A stretch of DNA of 63,536 nucleotides, the filler included, from Pelomyxa schiedti (Eukaryota; Protista; Evosea): assembly GCA_020536535.1 (NCBI GenBank). It is 8 parts of 8 records of this genome, joined end to end, with 100 filler letters (N's around TTAATTAATTAA, not from the genome) between each part and the next. Parts side by side here need not be neighbours in the genome. Positions count along the whole stretch, not along the records: positions 5,126 to 16,816 come from JAHLWZ010001234.1; positions 16,917 to 27,389 come from JAHLWZ010001265.1; positions 27,490 to 33,897 come from JAHLWZ010001421.1; 5 more parts are not named here. One strand, given 5' to 3'. Position 1 is the first letter of the stretch; the number at the start of each line of letters is the position of its first letter. Below are positions 11,801 through 27,498 of this stretch, piece by piece. Both the position numbers and the translations under genes were made by a program. Under the pieces are notes generated by a model that did not search any database, was not told the DNA's origin, and saw only the letters and a list, made by a program, of their open reading frames with translations.

Positions 11801-13007
11801 TGGATGACCTAAAGAAGAGGTAAACGCTTTTCACCCGCTTTTTCGTTTCTTTGACCGGTTTTTCAGGTATGAAAACGATTTGGACCAGAAACAAAGACTG
11901 GAGGTTCTCAAGGGAGTCCTTGAGAAAGATGTGGAAAAGTTCAAGGCAGCCTTCGAAGAAGAGCACAAACAACGCCTGGAGAGTGACAGGATCAAGAACC
12001 GCCTTGGTGGTGAAGCGGAAGACCTCACCGTGAGACTTGACAATGAAGTCAAAGCCAAGACCGCTCTGGACCATGCCCTCCGCAAGCTCCAGCGTGAGGC
12101 TAGGGTTATCAAGACTAAACTCGACACCCAACTCGCGCAAATGTCTGACCTAGAAACCGGGAACATGAAGATGGAGGAGGAGCTTGACGACATCAAGATG
12201 AAGCTCGAGAGGGAAACCAAGAGCAGAGTCATCCTCGAGAAGACCAAACAACAGATGGAAATGAGAATCGAGGAGCTCACCGAGACCTCCGAGACCGACG
12301 TCAAGCTCAAGCAGAGGCTAGAGAAGGAGAAGCGCGACCTCCAAGTCGAGCTCGATGACCTCAAGGAAATTCAGGACGAACTGGACGAGATGAAGCAGCA
12401 GTTCGACGACGACAAGGCCAAGCTCGAGGCCGAGCGCAACGCCTCCCGCGAAGAGGTCGACAAGCTCACGGTCCAAGTGGACGACCTCGAGCTAGCCAAG
12501 GCCAAGATGACCCGCGACCACTCGGAGCTCAACGAGAAGCTGGCCGAGGAGAGCTCCCAGAGGACCCAGTTCGAGCGGAGCAAGAAGCAGATAGAGGAGG
12601 AGCTCGAGGAGACCCAGAGGCTCCTGGAGGCCGAGCTCCGCACCAAGGCCAAGTTCGAGAAGGCCGTCCGCGACAAGGACCGCGCCCTCGCCGACGCCAA
12701 GACCTCGCTGGCGACCGCGCAGGCCGCGGCGCAGAAGGGAGGAGGCACGGCCACGCTCGAGGCGGCCAACCGCAGGCTCAAGGCGGAGCTCGACGAGATC
12801 AGGACCGAGATACAGGCGGCCGCGGCGGAGAAGAAGAAGATGGACGTGGAGAGGACCCTGCTGCAGGAGCAACTGCAGGACGAGAGGGAGCAGAACGAGA
12901 CCATCCGCAACCAGCTCGCCGGCCTGTTTGGCGGACTCACCTCTGCACCCAAGAGAACTGGTGTAAGGAAGTCCGCCTCCGAGAAACCCAAACCCGACGA
13001 TTCCTAG
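5860..13007 (+). CDS. mhcA: Myosin II heavy chain (multi-exon)
   Basis: [32 protein letters not shown]-loop [79 protein letters not shown] region and long heptad tail. Introns include 5971-6096 and 6223-6269. Confidence 0.97.
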
Positions 13008-13274
13008 TCAATCTAATCGAATCTCCCTTTTGTTGAACAAAACAAAGTAAAAAAAAAAAGGCTTGTTTTTCTGAACTTGTATTGGTTATTGTTTTGATTG
13101 TGGCTCAACGCCGTGATTTCAGCTAAATACCTGAAGGTCAGGAAATTTGATTCCCTCACAAGACTTCCGCGACTTCCCATTACTTCGTAGTCTGTCACTG
13201 GCATAAAAACAAGCAAACAGTCTCATTGGCATAAAAAACATCAAAGTTCAGTCATACAACCAACGGACGGTTAG

Positions 13275-15017
13275 ATGGCAATCACCCCAGCTGTGAAAGT
13301 AACAATAAGCGTGCTAGTGGTTGTTTTGGGGTTTATTATTACTTCGTGTGGGGCTGTTGATGGATGGTGGATATCATACAATGGAAGCCTGCGGCACTTC
13401 ACAGACTTGGCCAACCCCAGTGGCACTGAGAAGTGTTCCATTTCCACTGGCACATGGAATGCTGGTAATCAAACAATTCCCATTTCTTCGTTTTATCTTT
13501 ATGGGTGTCTGTTTACTTTTGGTTGTTCTCGTTAGTGGGAAGTTTTCTGTTTACTGTAACGAAAATGACAATGTCTTTTCTGTATAGGGGACTTTAAGGG
13601 AGGAAAGACTGATATGATCTATGCATTTAATTCTGATGACAGTACTCTGTACACGATATCCACTGAGGATTGTTCTGTTACCAAGATAGGAACTGTTGAA
13701 ACACCATATGACATCAAAGGGCTATCATGGTCCTTTTCTGAAGGGGTAATGTACAGTGTCTATCGGTCTGCCACTGCCTCTTACTTGGGTACAATCAACC
13801 TCGAAACTGCGGTTGTTACTCCTGTTGCGACTGTGAATGGCTGCTTGGTAGATGACATTGCTGTAGTTGGGGACAAGGTATATGGATTTGACCAGCTTTA
13901 CTGGTACGCTCTGTTTGAGCTTTACCCTTCAAGTCATGACTTTGGTTCATTCCCGGGGTCATTCAACCTACCAATTGGAATGAGCTGTGATGCGGACTCT
14001 GGGGCCGTGTACTTCATTTCCTACAACATCATGGAGGCAGCTAACCAGCTGCGTCAATTCAATATCGGGACGGACAGTGCAGATTCAGACCTAGTCGCAT
14101 CTGTCTATACTGAGGGAGACTGTCTGTGCTTTGGTGTACATACATCCCAGTCGGAATCACTTTCGAGTTCTACATCCCACTCTCTTTCGTCATCCAGCTC
14201 AGCCTCAATCTCCACAAGCTCCAGCTCAAATTCGCTGTCTCTTTCGAGTTCCGGTTCCACCTCACAATCACTTTCGAGTTCCGGTTCCACATCACAATCT
14301 CTTTCGAGTTCCACCTCCGCATCCAAATCGCTCTCGAGTTCTACTTCCGCATCCGCATCTGCATCCATTTCCAGCTCTATCTCTGCTTCCACGGCCGAAT
14401 CTCTGTCAACCTCAAAGTCGCGGTCAAGCTCCGGCTCCGCTTCAGGAGTTGTATCACTGTCAAATTCCGATTCAGGGGCTGAATCGCTTTCAGAATCGGC
14501 ATCGGTATCACTTCTTTCATCAAGTTCCACACCTTCATCGAGAAGCTATGCCTCGGACTCTTCGAAATCGCGCTCAACTTCCACCACTTCACCCCTGAGC
14601 TCCGGCAGCTCATCGCGTTCTCAGTCCAATTCCATCACAGAGTCCAGCATCCCGTCATCCTCAACTTCCACCTCCACCCAGTCTTTGCAATCCACATCCA
14701 ACTCTCGGGCGGATTCCCACTCCGAACCAGAATCGGAATCAGAATCCGAGTCCGAAATCGAATCCGAGTCCACGTCGATGGCGCGATCCACGTCAACCTC
14801 AACATCGATGTCTATGTTGTCATCATCAACAACAACAATCAAATCAACGTCGTCGTCGCGATCTCATTCCGGCAGCTCAGAGTCCCAGTCACACCATCAC
14901 TCGTCATCCTCAGAGTCAGAATCAATGGCAACGTCAGAGTCGATCAGCGGTGTCCCATCATTGCTAGGTCCCCCTCCTGTTCTCCTCCTGTTTGCTCTCG
15001 TCGCTTTGTTCCTGTAG
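13275..15017 (+). CDS. Secreted/surface protein with Ser-rich mucin-like stalk and probable GPI-anchor signal
   Basis: Hydrophobic signal peptide MAITPAVKVTISVLVVVLGFIITSCG. The phase-1 intron 13465-13587 joins WNAG-DFKGG in frame. A beta-rich domain is followed by ~280 aa of Ser/Thr-rich sequence and a terminal hydrophobic PVLLLFALVALFL*. Confidence 0.8.
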
Positions 15018-15083
15018 ATTGATCGTTGTTGGAACAAAAAACTTTTTTTGATGTACGAAATGAACGCTTCATAATAATAATAA

Positions 15084-16490
15084 TTACAAGGGGTACATTG
15101 TGAGGGATTGTCGCTTGAGTTGATTATTGAGGGTAATTTGGAGAAGGGGCTGTGATGGTCGCGCGCCGAAAATATCTGTGACCTGCAGCAACGAGGGATG
15201 TTTATGAAGTGTATTGTGGGTGTGCTCTTTGGGAGAAACTAACAGGAGCCCAGAGGAACAGGAAAATCGGGCGCAGTGGTGTGTGTCAATCTTACACAGG
15301 GCCTTGGGGCTTCTGTGTGAGAAATCATAGATTGTGACTGAATGGTTGGTTGTCCTTTCAACAGACACGCTGCGCTCGTCGAGAATTCGCACATAAACGG
15401 CATCAGGAAACAGCTGTTCCTCTGTGGTTGCACAATGAAGATTCCTGTGAAAGTCGAGACCAGTGTAGGTTATAAATAGTTTGTTGCATTGGAAAAGGAA
15501 ATCTTCTGGCCTAGAAATGGGTACGGGCAGAAAGAAATCCGGGACACTGTGGGGTAAACTGATGAATGCAGCCTCTGAATAACACTTCGAGATATCAATT
15601 TGTTCAAAGGCCCAGGCTTCAGTACTCCTGTACATCACTGATACTTCAGCTCCAGGAGGGATTTGTGACTGCAGTATTGAAGTAAACTTCCACTGGCTTC
15701 CATATTCAAGAAGGTCTGCTCTTAGTGGTACAATAACACTGGGCTCCAGCAGTTCCCCGTGTTTTATTTTCCAAATTTCCAAGCACCTCTTCCTCTCATT
15801 TACTGCAACCATCCAATGGTCATTACAAAGTACAAAGTAACCACTTTTATGGTATATAGTTGACAACACCTCACGATCGCGAGTGTCATACACGAGAAGA
15901 GCATGATCCCTGTCCCTCCTCAAGATGGCACTGGTTCTCCCTATCCATCCGATTGGTGTGCATCCATCCTTTTCCTTAGAGACATCAGCCCGGCCAGACT
16001 CCCAGCACCTCCCTTCGTACAACACAGTACTCCAAGCGGAACAACAAGTTCTTGGGAAACACACATTGTTGAGCACAATTGATTCCAATGAAGCCACACC
16101 ACCAGTGTGTGACACTCCGATTCCAAACACCATCAAGAACCCATAAGTGAGTCTGTCGGGATCGCTGCCCATGCGGCCACCCCAAGGCAGCCGGGCCCTG
16201 CGCCGCCTCCTGCCTTTTTTTGGGTCTCTCCAGCCCCCAGAGTCCCTCAGTCTCGTGACGACTTCGAGGCACACCTGCCTGCAGGGGCACATCACCCAGG
16301 GCCGGCCGAGCAGGGCCTGCGAGACCCACGGTGGCAAGACGCGGGCGGGGCTGTGGCACCCGCAGCGGGGAACAACGGAGGCGAGGCTGAGGGCGCAGAA
16401 CTGGGCTCGGGCGTCGATGACACGCACGACTTCGAACAGAGGTGACGAAGACGGCAGAGGCTCACACTGATATCGTCTTCGGGCAAGCAT
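15084..16490 (-). CDS. Intronless RCG/SPAR-motif family protein (member 4)
   Basis: DARAQFCALSLASVVPRCGCHSPARVLPPWVSQALLGRPWV; single open ORF. Confidence 0.85.
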   Translation of the reverse strand: MLARRRYQCEPLPSSSPLFEVVRVIDARAQFCALSLASVVPRCGCHSPARVLPPWVSQALLGRPWVMCPCRQVCLEVVTRLRDSGGWRDPKKGRRRRRARLPWGGRMGSDPDRLTYGFLMVFGIGVSHTGGVASLESIVLNNVCFPRTCCSAWSTVLYEGRCWESGRADVSKEKDGCTPIGWIGRTSAILRRDRDHALLVYDTRDREVLSTIYHKSGYFVLCNDHWMVAVNERKRCLEIWKIKHGELLEPSVIVPLRADLLEYGSQWKFTSILQSQIPPGAEVSVMYRSTEAWAFEQIDISKCYSEAAFISLPHSVPDFFLPVPISRPEDFLFQCNKLFITYTGLDFHRNLHCATTEEQLFPDAVYVRILDERSVSVERTTNHSVTIYDFSHRSPKALCKIDTHHCARFSCSSGLLLVSPKEHTHNTLHKHPSLLQVTDIFGARPSQPLLQITLNNQLKRQSLTMYPL

Positions 16491-16774
16491 GATGTTTGTG
16501 GGGTTTTTTTTTTTGGGCGGTATGGACATTTGATTGGGGTCGGTTGGTGAGTCACTGCTGCCAAGTCACACAAAGTTTCTGAACTGAGATAAAAGCGGAA
16601 CAACTTGGTGAAGTGAAGACTTCCAGGAACCGCAGTGTCCGCCCATAGCGACCAGCAGAAGCTGCGGGTCCACTGAATTCTCAGAATTCATTGCTTATAA
16701 GCTACAACACCTCTGGTACCAGATCTACTAAAATAAATAAACTTTATCTTTTTTGATGTACGAAATGAACTCTT

Positions 16775-16816
16775 TTAGAACAAGGGGTACATTGACTGTG
16801 ATTGGAGTGTGAGTTG
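16775..16816 (-). other. 3' end of a paralog of member 4, truncated by gap 16817-16916
   Basis: QLTLQSQSMYPLF* resembles QLKRQSLTMYPL* at 15084. The flank ttttttgatgtacgaaatgaac..caaggggtacattg is shared between ~15045-15100 and ~16750-16795. Confidence 0.6.
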
Positions 16817-16916
16817 NNNNNNNNNNNNNNNNNNNNNNNNNNNNNNNNNNNNNNNNNNNNTTAATTAATTAANNNNNNNNNNNNNNNNNNNNNNNNNNNN
16901 NNNNNNNNNNNNNNNN

Positions 16917-17154
16917 ACCACAACCCCAATTACCACAACCCCACAAAGCTGGAACCAATTTGGGAGATTGACCTCCTCACCAAGCTTCCAGCCCACCTGT
17001 GCACACCCACTGACATCTGCAGGAGTATCATAATGTACCACCAAACCTGGAATCCTACCGAAACCTCCGTCAAACCAAACACAACAACAAAACAAACAAA
17101 GTTTCTCGCCAACGCAACACCGTAGCAGACACCTACACCGCCAATCCCTTCCAT
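16917..17154 (-). CDS. Possible 5' end of an unknown gene running into the gap
   Basis: ATG at 17154, a putative GT..AG intron, then GLVVHYDTPADVSGCAQVGWKLGEEVNLPNWFQL. No recognisable homology. Confidence 0.3.
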
Positions 17155-17246
17155 CCAAGGGTCGCAGGTTCGATCCCTGAACAGCGCGAAAAAAGTTTTT
17201 TTTTCCTCGCTTTTGCGTGTGGGTAGTAAACCCAGGGCTGTTTACT

Positions 17247-18593
17247 TTACCCCCAATTGTGGTACCCTTCTTGAACTTGTAGAGTTGGTTGTGTGGTTGT
17301 GAGGCTAAATACTGGTGCCGCTGATGTTTGTGTTTGCGATGGTTGTAGGTTGGTGTACTGTGTTGTGACAGGCTGGGTGCTCTGTGTGGTGAGGAAACTG
17401 TAAATTTCCGTGATGAATCGGTTGACAAGGCCCTTATCTGGGGCTGACTTGTGTGCCCACAGGTAGCCATACTCAACAGCTTCGCGGTACTTGCCCATGT
17501 TGTAGAGTGCATGCCTATTTTGGAATTTTTGAGTGAGTATTTTCCGTGGATGTTTGGCTTTTTTTTTTGTTTTGTTTTTGTTTTTGATTGTTGGTGGGAG
17601 AGGAAACACACCCTAGAATCATGTGGGCATTGTAGCAGCCGGGAGAAACAGAGAGCGCGGAAAAGCAGTCCTTGATAGCGTCGTTGTACCGCTTGTCTAG
17701 TGTGAAAGCGGCGGCTCGGTTGCAGTAAATTTGGGCATCTCTGTTGTCATATTTGAGGGCATTGGTGAAGAATATGCACGCCTCACTATAGTTCATAGAA
17801 TTGAACTTCTCAAGCCCTGAAAGGACGGAATTAGTGATGCGTGTTGCCAGGAAAAGGAAAGGGAGATATACCTCGGCTTTGCAAAATTGATGCCCATTGT
17901 CTGTTGCAATCAGGACTTGCTGTGACCATGGGGAGAGTTTTGCACCGCTTTGTAAAGAAAGACAGTATTTCATACGAGATAATTGCGGGAGTTGGGGCTG
18001 GAGTTGGTAACAGTGGCAGGGTGTTTGCTTGTGGTTGTTGAGTCTTGGGGCTTGACTGATGTCTTGATGGAGTAGGAAGATGAGATGATGTTGACTTATG
18101 TGGTACTTTCGAGCAAGCTTTGTAAACAGGCGCCCGGAACTTGGCAGATTTGGAAGTGCAGGGAAGCTCTTTACCACCATACAATTTCCTGTTTGGCGTT
18201 AGGAGCTTTTTAGGCAAGTCCCCTTACGTGAGGAGTTGCTTTGCACAATCCTTCAAATCTCTATCTGTATCTTTCAATTCTCTGCCTGTACCAAAAATAT
18301 GTTCTAGGTCAAGAATAGCTTTTTCTGTTGCACCGATTGCATGGTAGGATTGGGCTCTTGAGTCAAGTTATTTAACAGAAGAGTATTGGAAGTCAAAACC
18401 GTGCAAGAAGTGTTTTGGAGGAGAGACAGCACTCGTTTGACAGTGAATAAGCTTGAATGGCTAATAGATGTTTTCCGGCCTGTGCCAAACTGTCACCTAT
18501 GAGTGGGGAGTTAGATGGCTGGGTACTTGAAGTACCATTTCTTTTATGCATTGCGGCCCTTTCAGCAGCAGAGGACACACATGTGTTTGAACA
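17247..18593 (-). CDS. TPR-repeat coding region (multi-exon), probably the 3' part of the CHD gene
   Basis: TPR-like segments: AERAAMHKRNG/DSLAQAGKHLLAIQAYSLS, KTLLARAQSYHAIGATEKAILDLEH, NMNYSEACIFFTNALKYDNRDAQIYCNRAAAFTLDKRYNDAIKDC, HALYNMGKYREAVEY. Confidence 0.8.
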
Positions 18594-23458
<4,865 letters not shown>

Positions 23459-23843
23459 CAACGCTACGACGGGGAAAAAAAAAAGGCGTGTTTTGGATTC
23501 CGAATCTGGTGGAGCAGGTGTCACAGAGAGGCGGCACGCTTGGGCCAGGGCACCATTGAGAACTTGCGAAGGAGCGGCAGTCGAGATGGCGATATTCCTG
23601 GAAGGAGAGATGGTACGAGAAATCAGGGTGGTGTGTCAAGATGTCGAGATGTCCTCTTGGGCTAATTTGTCTCGATTTGCTGGAGATGTTGATTTTCGTT
23701 CCAATTTGACCATCAGTACATCGCATTCTACCTGTGATTTCCCGTTTTTCGCAAACTGCACTTTCTTTTTTTAACAGGAACAGCAGAAGAACTTTTAACA
23801 ATAAAACCAAAGAAACAGGTGGGGAATAACCACGGTACCAACA

Positions 23844-26682
23844 ATGCCAAGGGTGAACAAAGTGCAACCAGAGCAACCAAATGAGAGTGGTTTGGTCATG
23901 CTCGCCGTCAATACCATTCAGTGTGGTGCTCATTTTGACTTCAGTGTGCATTTCGATATTTCTGTCTCCCCCTTACCCTTTTGTACCGTGGACTTACCAA
24001 CTCTTTTTTTCCTCTTAGATCGTGCTGGTCGCCACACCAAGCAGCATTGTGTGGGCGACGTCGTATCAGAAGGCTGATTCCAGCATTGACGCAATTACAG
24101 AAACTCTGGTTGAGTCACTATCGAAAAACGTCCATGATATTGTTGAGGATATTGTGAAAGAGGCAGATGCAAACCTGGCTGCTGAGGTGTTTTATGTTTT
24201 TCTTAAAATTCCTCTTTCCTCTGACTGTTTGGTTGTGGAACAAAAAAGGTCCAGTGGGTGCGATTCAGGAACATTGACATGAATTCATACCCGCAGTGGG
24301 CAAGTACTCTGAGGCCAAGATATGTTCACTTTGCAGTAACTTCATCGTGTGTTCTTTCCCAACCCTAATGTCACATTCTCACTTTTCAAACAGAATAGCT
24401 GCCATTTCCCTCCGTTCCCCTAACATAACACTCATATGCACTGGCCGATTTGGGGCCACTTCTGTACGTGTCGCTCATTCATACCACTCACAATTCCAGT
24501 TGACTCACATGTTAAACTCAAAGGCAACATGTGGCCGAAAGACCAACGCCACGGACGGGCTGACATATTATGAGGTTGATGCAGTCACCAACAAAGAAGT
24601 GAAGAAGTCGAACCAAGGCGCCTCCGCAACATACTCCTCATACGCCAAGCTTGTCACCGATGGAGTTTACCAAGACATGCTTAGAGGTGTTCCAAACTGG
24701 GGAAAGGTGATTCTCACTCAAACACGAAACTTGACTGGGCCCAATGTTACTGTCTAGGTTGTCACCGTTCAGAACCCCTCCGTTGCGATCTCGTCTTATC
24801 ACCCCTGTATGTTCAAACTTCTTACCAATGAGATTGATTGATGTACCCAGATATGAGTTCGAGTGGAGAGCTTCTCGGAGTAGTTGTTGGCACGCGAACA
24901 GTGCAGTCCTTGTCGGAGGATCTAGTGGAGGTCTGAACTGGAGTTTGTGGAAATCAGACAATTAACATAAACTAGATTGCAGCGGGTAAGAACGTGATTT
25001 ACGTAACCACGCAAGATGGATACCTCCTTGGTGCTTCCAACGGAAGTGTTATCAGCGTAAACGAGTCCAGCACAAGTGTGTCTACCCTTTTACAAACAAA
25101 TTAATTTTTGACGTTTCGCACAACGCAGCACGGCGAGCGAGTGTGTCACTCGCGAATAACAGTGACAGCCCTGTTGTTGCCGCTATTGCACGCGAAATCG
25201 ATGCGCATGGTGGCTGCACCAATCTCTCAGAATCTATGCAGCTCCGCGTGCAGTTGAACGGCAGCACATACACCGTCGGGATTGCACGTGCGTGTGCATC
25301 TCAGCATTTGATGAACCCCTAACAGACTCAAAATCGGCTAATTCTTCCATTATATATATATATATTTCAGATATCGCGGCAGGGCAGCGAGTGTGGTGTG
25401 GATTCAGTGCCATTCCAAGTTCGGAAATGACCAAAACAATTGAGGAGGGCAAAAGAGTCAGCATCGTTGTTTTCGCCTGCAGCGTGGTGGCCAGTCTAAT
25501 TTTGGCAGTTATTTTGGCATTCTTGCTTATTCTTCCTCTGAGGCGTCTCACAAAAGGTGTGTATACTCCACAACATTGTAATTTCACTTTCCCATTCTGA
25601 CGCTTCACAGATATGCAGAACCTGTCGAAACTGAGGTTCAAACCACTTGGCCGAACCGTGAGTGTATTCACTGAGTTGCACTCAATGCTCCGTGATTATA
25701 TGGGCATGAAGCAAGGAATCCACGCCTTTAGCAGGTGCGTCATTCAACTTATATGATAAAAAGTTAAGGTTTTCTCACCTATCTTTTTCCACAGGTACGT
25801 CTCTGCTGGAGTCGTTAGGCAACTCCTTGATGGTGATCAGAAAATGTCATCACTTTATCTTGAGAGGCACTCTGTCACTGTGTGTTCTGGGCTCTCCATA
25901 TTTGACACTCACTTAGGGAAAAGGTTGTTTTCATGGATGTTGTTGGGTTCACCAGTTTGTGTGAGGTGTGTTTCCAGTCATCACTCAAGTGCGCTCATTC
26001 ATAACAGAAATTATCACCAAGCACGTTGGTTACCCTCCTGAGTTTGTTCATGCAGCGGATGTGCCAAGTTCTCATTTCTGAAGGTGCAACTCTTGACAAG
26101 TTCATTGGGGTGTGTTATCCCACTCCACTTGACAGCAACTCACTGAGCTATGCCACCAGGACTGCATCATGTCATTTTGGAATCACCCGCACGGATGTGA
26201 AGATCACACATTCAAGGCAATCAACGCGGTTCTGAGGTGCTACGAGGAACTCGAAAAGCTCAACAAAGAGAATGCCGCGAAGGTTTCTTCTCCTTTCCCA
26301 TACAGGAATTGGGTATCATCAATGTCCCCAGGGACTTCCGGAGCTTCAATTCCGAGCCGGAATCAACACCGGCCGGGTTTTAGTTGGCAACTTTGGCTCC
26401 CCAGAGAGGTTTGATTACACAATCCTCGGCGATGCAGTCAATGTTGCCGGTATGGAGCTTCCATCCCAACCTTCCACACATCACCAACATTCCACAGCGC
26501 GGTTGGAACAACTCAACAAGGAGCTCGGCACCAAGATGCTCATATCAGAGAGTGCTTACAACTTAGTTGCCGGCCGGATCAAAGTACAACCCAAGGGTGA
26601 GGTTGCAATCCGTGGAAGGGAGGCAAAGCTCGAGGTATACGAAGTGATTCCCTCTTCCACGGTACCTGTGTCATCATCCTGA
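23844..26682 (+). CDS. Membrane class III adenylyl/guanylyl cyclase (TM-extracellular domain-TM-catalytic), copy 1, multi-exon
   Basis: [72 protein letters not shown]; second TM VSIVVFACSVVASLILAVILAFLLILPL. Confidence 0.92.
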
Positions 26683-27027
26683 TCGCGGAACCCACTTTGT
26701 TTAGTGTAAATAAAAGTAACTTATAAATAAAAGGCTCATTTATTGTTTGTGAGTTAAAAGCGAAATCAAAAACCTAGGGAAAAAAAAGCCTTTTTATTTA
26801 TTCCTTTTCCTGTTTTTTTCCTCCAGCAGTGCTGCGTTTTTTGGGCAGCTGTTCTGTCATCTCCCACCACAAGCACTGCAACCCAGAAAACGATCTGCTA
26901 GCATTTGCTGGTGCTACAAGCGCAGGAACATGCTAAAAGCGTTTTTTGGGGTAAGTCTAATGGGGGGAACAAGAACCAACTTTGGCTGTGTCGTTCAACG
27001 GAAGATTGATTGATTGAGGGGACTGGC

Positions 27028-27389
27028 CTATGATTTATTGTTGAGGGAAACACGGGCGGCAGTGTTGAACACATCCATTAACCCTGTGCGTCACTTGTTA
27101 GGGGTGATTTGTATAATGAAAGAAACCTTGTTGATTCCGTGCTGAGCAAGTGTGGTAACTCCTTGCTCCTATCATTGTTGACACTTCCTCGGGTGTAAGA
27201 TTCGCTTGATCCTTGGATGATCCAGCCACCACTGTGTGATGTGTGTGTGTGAGAGGGTTTTTTTGGGCGATTCACAGCCGGGGAGAACACACCAAGGTCC
27301 GATTTGGTTCCAACGAGCAGAATTGGTGTCTGGGGGCAATGATGGCTCACTTCAGGTGCCCATTTGTGGACTACGGAATTTAGAGAAGT
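27028..27389 (-). CDS. Rho/Rac-family small GTPase, C-terminal half (5' part in gap)
   Basis: [61 protein letters not shown]; two GT-AG introns. Confidence 0.85.
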
Positions 27390-27498
27390 NNNNNNNNNNN
27401 NNNNNNNNNNNNNNNNNNNNNNNNNNNNNNNNNTTAATTAATTAANNNNNNNNNNNNNNNNNNNNNNNNNNNNNNNNNNNNNNNNNNNNCGTTTCGTC

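Noticed and set aside
9397-12991. Long minus-strand ORFs opposite the myosin tail (e.g. 11544-12140, 11831-12364, 12371-12991)
   Set aside because: They are antisense shadows of biased coiled-coil codons, giving Ser/Leu/Phe-rich translations with no domain.
14150-14420. Regularly spaced short repeats (ctttcgagttccggttccac..) resembling a CRISPR-like array
   Set aside because: They are in-frame coding repeats of the Ser-rich stalk with no unique spacers, in a eukaryotic context with no cas genes.
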